A stretch of 64,000 nucleotides of DNA from Antedon mediterranea. Taxonomy: Eukaryota > Animalia > Echinodermata. Within the stretch, counting starts at the first letter, position 1; every line of letters starts with the position of its first letter. Position numbers and translations under genes: made by a program. Location of the stretch: the NCBI RefSeq assembly GCF_964355755.1, contig NC_092675.1, positions 6,443,812 to 6,507,811 of the forward strand, given 5' to 3'. The notes below the pieces were generated by a model that was not told the DNA's origin, made no database searches, and saw only the letters and a program-made list of their open reading frames with translations. Positions 25,621 to 35,736 of this stretch are shown in pieces.

Positions 25621-26509
25621 TGTTGAACCCACAAATGTGAAAACGCCCACAAATGTGAAAACAACCACAAATGTGAAAACGCATCACCCACAAATGTGAA
25701 AACAACCACAAATGTGAAAACGCATCACCCACAAATGTAATAAAACAGCGCCCACAAATGTGAAAACGACCATCACCCACAAATGTAAAAAAAAAATCAA
25801 ATCAAATTTTGTGCTAGACTCAAACAAGTTTGATCAAGTTAATACATTATATCATGTGTATTGAGTTGTTTCAATAATTGTGTGTTCACGATACGTCTGT
25901 TAGGGTCGTCATTAACGCGTTGGAATATTACCATGTTCGATGTTTTTTGCATCGACTTGGAACTATACGTACATAATAGTAAGTCAACCAGTTAACAACT
26001 AAACAACTACAAGCAACAATGATATAACATGGCCTTGATCTGGAAGGAAGTATCGTGCATGCGCGCAGCAAATATCGTCTTGAACTATACGTACATTAAA
26101 CCACCAACGAGTTAACATGCAAATATCGCGCGCACGTGCAGTAAATTGTAATAATCCAACGCGTTAACGACGACCCTAACAGACGTATCGTGAACACACA
26201 ATTATTGAAACAACTCAATACAATGTATATACATTAACATTAACTCGATCAAAATTGTTTGGGTCTAGCACTAAATTTGATTTGGATTCTTTTTTACATT
26301 TGTGGGCGACAAGATCTCTCTTTTTTTTCACATTTGTGGGCGCTGTTTTCACATTTGTGGGTGATGCGTTTTTACAATTGTGGTTGTTTTCACATTTGTG
26401 GGTGATGCGTTTTCACATTTGTGGTTGTTTTCACATTTGTGGGTGATACGTTTTCACATTTGTGGTTGTTTTCACATTTGTGGGCGTTTTCACATTTGTG
26501 GGTTCAACA
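25621..26509. mobile_element. Non-autonomous foldback DNA transposon with TG..CA termini (Ginger-like)
   Basis: Ends TGTTGAACCC..GGGTTCAACA; perfect 5-bp TSD AGGGC (25616-25620, 26510-26514); TIRs over 300 bp containing tandem CCACAAATGTGAAAAC repeats; no ORF. Confidence 0.85.
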
Positions 26510-26827
26510 AGGGCCTAGTCTAGCAAGCTACAGTAGGTAGGAAAGCATAGAGTAGGCAGGAAAAGCCTAGACTAGAGTAGGCTAGTAGGGCCATGATCAT
26601 TCTAATTTCTAGGCTAGGCTTGGCTAAACTTTTAAACTACAGTATTAGACTTAGTCTTTAATATTGTCATTAGATAGCTAACTTGCTCTCATCAAAAAAA
26701 ATCTGGATGTGAATCTTTATTCAAACAATACGAATACAATTTTCTATTTGGTCTTAATTATTAATTTAAAATTTAAGTTAAGTCATTTTATTCAATTACA
26801 GAGTTATACAAGTAATACATTTTCACC

Positions 26828-29800
26828 ATGGGGTCAATGATGGGAAAAGTTATGGAAGAAAATCTGAAAAAGAGTCAAACATTTATGCTGGAAACTCAAA
26901 AGATGCAGGTAACAGTTAACACACCTAATCGTTTTCTTGCCTTTTTGATTGGTTGATTTTGTATCACATGTCATGCATTTTTTTTTCCCATCATAATACA
27001 ATGTTAATGTTAATTTTTTTACTGCTATAGTTATAGAGAAAATTTTAAAGTATGTATCAAAAAAACTTGTACGAAAATTTAAAAATAGACTATAAAAGTA
27101 AACAAATTAAATACTGTATTTTACATAGATGGAAAGACAATTACAAATGCAAAATTTGATGCGGGAACGACAAATGGCGATGCAAATAGCTGGATCACGA
27201 GAAATGTTTAACTGGACGGCGAGTTTTTACAGCATTGCTATGTTAGGAATGGTTGCTGGGTAAAGTTATAGATTGTTGTTGTTGTTTAATGTTAAGAAAA
27301 GGTTAATTAATAATTAAATAACTTAATACAGTAAAAGTGGAGTGGAGTTGTGGCTTGGTGGTTATGATGCTTGGTTACCAATCCAAGGATCCTAGGTTCA
27401 AGTCCTGTCTGTAGTAATATCATATGTGTATGCTGCCCCCAACCATATAACCATAGCAACGCTACTGCGCACTAAGGGCAGTTCTAATACAACGCCATGT
27501 TTGAAAATAATACCAATTAATAGATATATATTAAACATCAAAATAATCAGTAAAACGTGTCTGATAAACATTAAATGGTGGCAGCGGTATATTGTGAAAT
27601 AACAAGGAATAGAACTCCTGTAAGTAATCTTAGTACACTTACAGTTACGTGACATATTTTTGATTTCCGAGCAACAAGCCTCGCCGTAAAAAACACTCGT
27701 GTCCGTCCAACAACAGCAGCGCCGTTTGTAGGCGAATCACCATCACCGTTTTAGCGTGATAATTGCTCTGGTGGCTTAGGCTAGGCCGTACGTAACAATA
27801 ATCAATATGTCATCTAAAATGCCCAAGATGGATTGGGATGCAAGAGACCTGGCAGAGAGTCTCCGTGCGTTTAAAGCACGCATGAATTTATATTTTGAAG
27901 ACCACAATGTAACACTGGATGAGAAAAAAGCAACAAAGATTAAATTTGCTTTTGGTGATGAAGGTATGAAGAGAATTTTATCATCTGGGTTGTCTGATGC
28001 AAACCAAAAGGTACCCAAAGAAATATGGACCTTGTTTGAGCAGCAACTAGATGCGTCTGTCAAGATAAATTTTAGAGTTCATAGGTTAGAGTTTTCAACC
28101 TATAGGCAAAAGACAGATGAGCCCATCAGTGATTATGTTGCGCGTCTACGTGAAAAAGCATCAAAATGTTCTTTTAAAAAGGATGAACTAAATGAGCGAT
28201 TGATCGAAATGGTAGTGTTGTCCACACCATTCGAAGGTTTTCGTAAGGAACTGCTTACAAAACCGGAGAAATATCCTGTTGCGCAAGTTATTGAGCGTGG
28301 TCGTGAATATGAAGCAATCAGTGCATCTAATTGCACAATAAAGAAGATGCAGGATCAACAACAACCACCGACAGTAATTGCTCATGCAATGAAAACGAAG
28401 TATGAACGAAAATGTCGAAATTGCGACCGAAGTCATGAACCACGAAAATGTCCAGCATGGGGAGACACTTGTAGAAATTGTGGAAAAATGAATCATTGGA
28501 AAGTATGCTGTAAATCGCAATCCACATTTAAATCGCAACAATCCACATCTAAAGCTAAAGGTAAATTACATAATCGTTCTCGACACAACAACTTTCAAAA
28601 TCAAAAACGAAAGATGCATGCTGTAGATGAAAATGAACATCATGAGTTAGGCAGCTTAACATTATACGATAGTGTTTTTCTCGACGCTCAAAGACAAAAT
28701 AAAAACAATGAAGTTTTTACAAACTTGCACGTACATCATGACGACATACTTTCTAAGGGACTGATCCACTTAAAAGTCGACAGTGGAGCCAGTGGAAATA
28801 CGTTACCACTGAGAATATTTAAGAAAATGTTTAAAGAACAATCAGTTGACATTAAGCAAGATTACACTGATCTGTATTCATACAGTGGGCATAAAATTAA
28901 GTATCTTGGTTCGATAAATCTAGGACTACAACAAACAGATAGTGAAAAGATTTCTACACATAGGTTCCATGTTGTTGATGTAGATGGTCCAGCATTAATT
29001 GGAAAGAAATCTAGCGAATGCATGGGGCTAATTACATTTGATGAGCACATGACATATGATGCTGTTACTACGACATCCACATTATTTGATCACACGTCAG
29101 TTAAACCAATAAACACAGTCGAAGATTTGAAATGGAATTTTCCTGAATGTTTTGATAAAGTTGGATGTTTTAAAGAGCCAGTAGATCTCCATCTGATACC
29201 AGATGCAGAACCTTACATCGACGCTCCACGACGTTGTTCAATTCACATGAAACCAAAGATTAAAGCTGAGTTGGATAAAATGGAATTTGAAGGTATAATC
29301 CGAAAAGTAACAGGGCACACAGACTGGTGTTCTTCACTCACATATGTAACGAAAAGCGATGGTAGTCTACGTGTTTGCCTCGATCCCCGACGATTAAACG
29401 CAGCTCTGAAAAGATGCCCAAGAAAAATCCCTACTGTGGAAGAATTAAACCCGAACTTTGCTAAGGCTAAATTCTTCACCAAGCTTGATGCGAAGGCAGC
29501 ATATTGGAGCGTGAAACTTGCAGACAAGTCACAACTGCTCACGACTTTCCGAACGCCTTTCGGTCGCTATTGTTTTACGCGACTTCCATATGGCTTAGCG
29601 AGCTCCCAAGATGAATTTCAGGAGAAAATTGGAGAACTTTTAGACAAATGTGAAGGTGCAGTAGGTATAGCAGACGATATTATTGTGTATGGTACATCCG
29701 AACATGAACATGACCGAAACGTGTTAGAATTCATGAAATTGGCAAAGGACTATGGCCTTGCTCTTAACTCTAAAAAATGCCTGGTAAAGACAAACAGAAT

Positions 29801-32800
29801 TAATTTCTTTGGACGCATATACACAGACGAAGGTATCCTACCTGATCCAGAGAAGATAGAGGATATTTATGAAATGCCAGAACCTCGTGACAAGCGAGAA
29901 CTTCAACGCTTTATTGGCATGGTTACATTTATGTCAAACCATATTCCTAACTTGTCTAATAAACTGGCAAGTTTACGTGACCTTCTAAAGGAAGATGTTC
30001 CATTTGATTGGGACAAAAATTACCAAAAGAGTTACAAAGCGGTTAAGCAAGCGGTCGCAGACGGCGTATGTTTAAACTACTACGACCAGACAAAGCCAGT
30101 GACTTTGGAAGTTGACGCTTCAGGCAGAGGTTTAGGTGCTACATTGATGCAGGATAATCGTCCAATCGCATTTGCTAGTAAAACACTAACGCCGACGCAA
30201 TCAAATTACAGTAATATTGAACGTGAATGTCTTGGTGTAGTTCATGGCATCGAGAGATTTCACCACTACCTTTTTGGACAATTGCGGACACCGAAATAAA
30301 TAACTCTTAGCTATTATTAACCATATTATACTGTTATAAAAAACAGGGGGATGTAGTAATATCATGTGTATGCTGCCCCCAACCATATAACCATAGCAAC
30401 GCTACTGCGCACTAAGGGCAGTTCTAATACAACCCCATGTTTGAAAATAATACCAATTAATAGATATATATTAAACATCAAAATAATCAGTAAAACGTGT
30501 CTGACAAACATTAAACTGTCATGTCAGGATTTTTTCTACAGACAAATTACAACTCCACTCCTAAAGACTTGTAATATGACTTTGTTTATGTAGAGCATCT
30601 TGTGTATATGTTTGTCTTGTGAACAGGATTGCCACCTTTAGGAAGGAATGATTTTGCTTATGGTTATCCTTGGCAATTTGCCTCAACAAAACAAAACAAA
30701 ACACCTTTAAAACAAAATGGTGGGACAGCATTTGGCATACATAGTTTGTTACCTTATTATATTATATATATATATCGGTATTTTTAAGTTAAAAAAATTG
30801 TATAGCTCCATGTTCAAAACCATCATAAACGATAAAATAATGTAAAAAAATAAATTCCTTGGATGGCAGCCAGTTAGTTGAATTGATCACTCATGCTATC
30901 CCATATAGATATGTTTTAAATTAAAAAAAATATAAAGAAATAGCATAAGTAATACAGACACAAGAAAAAATGTAGAAGGCAGTATAAGAACCATAGGTGG
31001 ATTGCAATATAAAGACCTAGGCTTAGGGCGCGTTTATACAACACGCTATATAATTACACGCATATTCCACACGCCTACAAAAAGTGTGTTGTATAACTTC
31101 AAAGAGATTCCGTGTAATGAGATTTTAATTGCAAAAAAGGCTACTTGGCTGAATCCTAAAATTTTGTGGATTCCCGGTTGCTGTTGGCATGTTGGAAGTG
31201 TCCTCAGGGTATTGTTTTGACCTCTCGTTAAATAAAATTATGTGCTGTGAAAATGTTGACCAAATCTAGTAGATAATTGTGCTTTTTTGCATATTTTAAC
31301 CGATTTAGCACTAATCTAAGACCTAAAGTCTCAGTTAAGCCTACTGATTAAGCCTACTGCAATGTCAATACCCCTTTTCTACACTAGTATCATAAAATCA
31401 ATGCTCAGCATAGGTATAGCAGTATTTAAAGAAGTTAATTAATGATATCACTAGCTAGCCTAAGTAGTTTAACTCATGCGCTCGCATCACACGGTTAGCG
31501 TAAGCCTAGCCTGCCTGGAGGAGGCTTAGAACCTAAGACCACAGCGCTGAAAGTCTTAGGCGTAGACTTCTTACTGCAAAGACCATTGTTGCTAAGGGTT
31601 TCATCTTGGGCTTAAATCTAAGACTAGGCTTAAGACTTTTATTGCAATCCGCCCCTGGACTATTCCCCCCTGGACTATCCCCTTAATTACCCCAGATAAG
31701 GGAGCAACAATCATCAAGAGTGAATGAGATAAGGTATGAAAGAAATGAGTGCGTTAATTGATGAGATTAAGATAACTTACCTATTGGGCTATTTACAAAT
31801 CTAAAGCCCTGTCTACACTATTATCAAACTTTATGTTACAAAAAAATGTGATATGCATATATTATAGCAGTGATATATGGGCACATCACATTTTTTTGAC
31901 ACATAAAGTTTGATAATGTAGACAGAGCTTAATCATGGTACAACCATATTAGGCATGTTTTGGCTGATTCATGATTATTTTTTATTTTTTTCTGTTTATG
32001 TAGTTTTTTAAAATCAAAGAGGCCAGGTGTTCTAGTACCAGCTCTTCCTCTGACATTTGTGGTAGGCTATCAGTATGACTGGGCTTGGGGCAGCAAAGTT
32101 CACCGTATACGAGGTAAGAGCTTATCAAACGATATTTAATAGTACAGAAGGTACTTTGAGAGTAGCTAATCTAGGTTAATCGTTTCGTGAATGTAACCAA
32201 CTTTTTTACTTAGTTTTGGAAATACAATTTTAAGAACTGTGCATTTTTAGAATGATAGTATTTTCAGTAAATTTCCACCATACACATTATGGATTTGCCT
32301 TCTATTTATACAGTAATCCTTTGATCTATGTGGCCTTGATTCTTTTCTCAAACCAGGATACTGATGTGTATGTATGTGTTTCTATTAGTAGAAACTATTT
32401 ATCAGTATTAGCTCAGGAGGATTTGGAAGGAAAGGCTATTCTTGCTCCACCCACATAGTGGTAAACGTCTAGTTGTCCTAAAGCACATTCTAAACAACAA
32501 CAAAAAAAACCAGAAAACAGCATAACTTCATTTTTAATTAGCATTTTATTTCAGTTCATTCAATTTTACAAACAGACAAAAATGTAAAAAAAATAAGGCC
32601 TACAAGAAAACAATATTAACTGAATAAACTGAGTATAACCCAAGAAAGTTGAATGAAACAACTTTCCATCGGGGTTCCCCAAATATAACTTACTAATTTA
32701 AACTTTAAAAACATCATTACAACATCATATTACTTACCTTAGAATCTAAGACCAGAGGCACACACTGCTAACATGAAATTAAACAACTTTTTGATATCTA

Positions 32801-33656
32801 TTTTTGACAAACTATTTATTAATATTATATGTCAGTGCTTCCCCATTAAACAAATCCTGAATCTACTCCTGAAGACTGTGTTGAACTATTTTAACAAATG
32901 GATAAGTTAGAATGGTACAGACCTTTATAGTGTGCATTGTATGGGAAAATAAATGTTTAGGAGCTTTGATTACATTGCATATTATTGTAGTGTTGGTCAT
33001 AGTCTGGATATGGAAGGCAATCACCGCCAAAAATACAATTACAAACATACAACATATTCGTGGAAATGTACTCGCAGAAACGTATAACGTTTTTAGTGCA
33101 TGTCTTTTTGTTGTCCTTTTCTTCAAGTACGTTGTATATTTCCACAAAATATTTGTATGTTTGTAATTGTATTTTTGGCGGTGATTGCATTCCATATCGT
33201 AGACGTAGAATCTGTCAAAAACTGTGTTGAGGAAACACATTCAAGTTTCTTTTATTTATATCACTGTCACAGGTGAAGCTGAATTACTGTGTATTTACAT
33301 TAAAATGTATAAAACGATAAAAGTATTTAAAAACGGTAACAATTATAAATCCAAGAAACAAACAGGAAAAAACAGGAACGAATAAAAAGCACAATTACAA
33401 AGGAAAAACAGATAAACTGTAGTCGTGATACTGGTTGGGGTTATTTTAACATCTGTGCGAAAATGAGTTTACATAATGTAATTAATTCGTCGCAAATCAA
33501 TAGCTCCTCTAGTAATCTTATCCAACCTCTGTGGTGTCTTTTTTTTAAGATGATGCGGAAAAGCTACTTGTTGAAGAACGTGGGATTATTGCAATGCCTG
33601 GAGGAGTACCAACATTTACTGAGATTGATGCGGCTAGAAATGCAGCCAAAAAGTAG
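26828..33656 (+). CDS. PLGRKT: Plasminogen receptor (KT) homologue, 142 aa
   Basis: Exons 26828-26908 (MGSMMGKVMEENLKKSQTFMLETQKMQ), 27129-27259 (MERQLQMQNLMRERQMAMQIAGSREMFNW..), 32004-32113 (..PALPLTFVVGYQYDWAWGSKVHRIR), 33550-33656 (DAEKLL..PGGVPTFTEIDAARNAAKK*). The RERQMAMQIA and YQYD motifs are typical of PLGRKT. Confidence 0.93.
27337..27409 (+). mobile_element. 5' half of a tRNA-SINE interrupted by the LTR element
   Basis: Matches 22915-22985 through the B box; continues at 30516-30625. Confidence 0.85.
27410..30515 (+). mobile_element. Ty3/Gypsy (Mag-like) LTR retrotransposon lacking integrase
   Basis: LTRs 27410-27575 and 30352-30515 (2 substitutions plus one 2-bp indel); TSD CTGTC (27405-27409, 30516-30520); PBS TGGTGGCAGCGGT at 27576 (complement of tRNA-Leu 3' end); PPT AAAAACAGGGGGA before the 3' LTR. 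Confidence 0.95.
27807..30299 (+). CDS. Gag-Pol polyprotein (Gag with two CCHC knuckles, protease, RT, truncated RNase H)
   Basis: CRNCDRSHEPRKC and CRNCGKMNHWKVCC; LKVDSGA protease; LRVCLD, KLDA..AYW, RLPYGL, IADD (RT); EVDAS and ERECL (RNase H), then a stop shortly after FHHYLFG. Confidence 0.93.
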   Translation: MSSKMPKMDWDARDLAESLRAFKARMNLYFEDHNVTLDEKKATKIKFAFGDEGMKRILSSGLSDANQKVPKEIWTLFEQQLDASVKINFRVHRLEFSTYRQKTDEPISDYVARLREKASKCSFKKDELNERLIEMVVLSTPFEGFRKELLTKPEKYPVAQVIERGREYEAISASNCTIKKMQDQQQPPTVIAHAMKTKYERKCRNCDRSHEPRKCPAWGDTCRNCGKMNHWKVCCKSQSTFKSQQSTSKAKGKLHNRSRHNNFQNQKRKMHAVDENEHHELGSLTLYDSVFLDAQRQNKNNEVFTNLHVHHDDILSKGLIHLKVDSGASGNTLPLRIFKKMFKEQSVDIKQDYTDLYSYSGHKIKYLGSINLGLQQTDSEKISTHRFHVVDVDGPALIGKKSSECMGLITFDEHMTYDAVTTTSTLFDHTSVKPINTVEDLKWNFPECFDKVGCFKEPVDLHLIPDAEPYIDAPRRCSIHMKPKIKAELDKMEFEGIIRKVTGHTDWCSSLTYVTKSDGSLRVCLDPRRLNAALKRCPRKIPTVEELNPNFAKAKFFTKLDAKAAYWSVKLADKSQLLTTFRTPFGRYCFTRLPYGLASSQDEFQEKIGELLDKCEGAVGIADDIIVYGTSEHEHDRNVLEFMKLAKDYGLALNSKKCLVKTNRINFFGRIYTDEGILPDPEKIEDIYEMPEPRDKRELQRFIGMVTFMSNHIPNLSNKLASLRDLLKEDVPFDWDKNYQKSYKAVKQAVADGVCLNYYDQTKPVTLEVDASGRGLGATLMQDNRPIAFASKTLTPTQSNYSNIERECLGVVHGIERFHHYLFGQLRTPK
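30995..31656. mobile_element. Non-autonomous TIR element (Harbinger-like)
   Basis: Ends GGTGGATTGCAATATAAAGACCTAGGCTTAG..CTAGGCTTAAGACTTTTATTGCAATCCGCC are imperfect inverted repeats. Confidence 0.6.
33001..33203. mobile_element. Palindromic MITE in PLGRKT intron 3
   Basis: GATATGGAAGGCAATCACCGCCAAAAATACAATTACAAACATACA pairs with TGTATGTTTGTAATTGTATTTTTGGCGGTGATTGCATTCCATATC (arms ~70 bp). Confidence 0.75.
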
Positions 33657-35736
33657 TTTCTTACAAATAATAATAATAATAGTTATGAAATATATTTTCT
33701 TTATTTTTTATAAATGAGAATTCATTCCTATTTGGATCATGATAGTTTTGTCTTCTTAATTTTTAGAACCAAAAATCTTTCTCTAAATTATTCTTAAAGT
33801 ATAGATTTGAATGAATTTATTTCAATTTATATACTAGATTTGCCCTGTGTAATGATTTTATAACTTGCAGTATCATTGAATACAAATACAATATCGTGTT
33901 TATAGAAAGTGTATTAAATGTTATTAACTACAACTTTTACTTGTATTTTAATGTTTTTCTGTGTAAAGATGACCCTAATGTAATACAATAGAACATATAG
34001 TGAAGACACCTCTAATGGGGTGTCCCCAGAATATTGGTTTCACGGTAAATTGTTTTATCGTAATGTGTCCCTTAATTGGGGGTGTATCCTTAATATAGGT
34101 GTCCCAAAGTAGGAGGTGCTACTGTAATTTCCATCCACATACAATAGGTACATCTTATCTCATCCCACATCAAATTGACTTAGTATAGAGTCCCCACCAA
34201 ACAAAGTGACATTTTATAAAACGAATATTATATTTGTTTCAATCTACCTCATTTAAAATGAATGTAGATAATAAAGTAAGTTGATTTATGATAACCAAAC
34301 CAAACAATATCTATACAGTATTTCGATACGTAAAGAGTACATTTTTATCTGTACTTTTATTGGTGGAATTATACATGTATTCCAACAGTAGGATATGGAT
34401 TGTATGGAGAGATTAACGAAAACGTCAAACTGTAGTTAATATAACCGAAGTGTGTGTTGATAATAAAAAATACATAATTTAAAAGCAATTTGAATATGCA
34501 TGATTGTGTGATTTTCTAGAAAGGACAATTTCATAAGCGTGAGTCAGTTATTGGCAGATGTTTTTTTTTCTCCTTTCGTGTTTTTGGTTGATGTAGTATT
34601 CTTCGTTTACACTCTGACAGTAGTAGGCCTACAGTAGCAACGTCATATAAATTACAATTGCCAAGATAAAGGAAATTGGCACCCACATTGCACTGGTTAA
34701 TCATGGTTTTAATAAATAACACTGGACTGTATGGACTAGTATCTGGGACACGTTGAAGCATAATTGATCTTCGGAGATCAAAGGGTTTATCTGTGGCTAC
34801 GACACGATCACTTCCACGCCTCTTAATTAACAGATGTACAACAAAAAAACATTTATTCTTCTTTCTTTCCACCCTTTTTTTGTGCATCACGTTTCTCTAA
34901 AACGTGCAAACAACATTTCTCGACATTTACGTGAAGTTGTGCACCTATTTTTAAATGACGTCAGAGTTGCGCAACGTGACTTACGCGCAATTTATGAATT
35001 TCAATGATTGATCATAGATTAGAAACCAAAAGTAATTTTAGTGAAAATCTGATTCAAACAAAGTTACGCGCGCCCGCGCATTTGAAGGTTTAAAATGGGC
35101 AAAATTTATTTCTAATCAATTTTCTATACGTTTCAGGACATTTTGAGCAGTTCAAATCTAGTTGTATTTGTCGCAGCCAGACATTTAAGATCAAAGGACT
35201 GTTACGCGTTCCAATATTGGCAAGGCGAGCTCGTTGTCCTGTTGTTAGATTGCCTTGGTTGAAGTGTGTTCGATAGTGTCACATAAATTTGTCTAAAAAC
35301 ACATTACTCGTGTAAATCGATGCTAGCCTAAACAAAGGACAATAATCGTGGTTTTAAAAAAAAATGGAGAAAAAGGTTTTAGACACTATTATTATTATTT
35401 AATCACAGATATGAAGAACTAAAAAAACAATATGAAAAGCAAAGAAACGATGTTCGTACCAGTCCGAAATTACTTTACTGCGGTGTCAATGACTTAAAAT
35501 GCGCTCGTACAATAATACATTAGACGGTGTCAATGGTGGCTTAAATGCGCTTGTACAATAATAATACATTAGACGGATTGTATTCATATATTAATTTATT
35601 ATCTCTTATACAACATGGAAATTAGTTGCATTAATTATTTACAGATATTCCTGTAAAACTGAAGACACAGACAATTACATTGTTCTGATAATTTATTAAA
35701 CATTTCCTATCTGACGTTTGTGTTATAATAATTACG

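Noticed and set aside
25621-25790. CRISPR-like array of CCACAAATGTGAAAAC repeats
   Set aside because: Spacers are only a few nt and not unique, the array is mirrored in the opposite TIR, and the context is eukaryotic with no cas genes.
27776-29542. Antisense ORFs within gag-pol
   Set aside because: Short shadow ORFs of a long coding frame, with no independent signals.
32863-33240. Overlapping hydrophobic ORFs (125, 84, 77 aa)
   Set aside because: They span a palindromic MITE in a PLGRKT intron; no splice partners or recognisable domain.
34531-34890. 119-aa minus-strand ORF
   Set aside because: Non-ATG start, no recognisable motif or splice context; lies in intergenic or UTR sequence.
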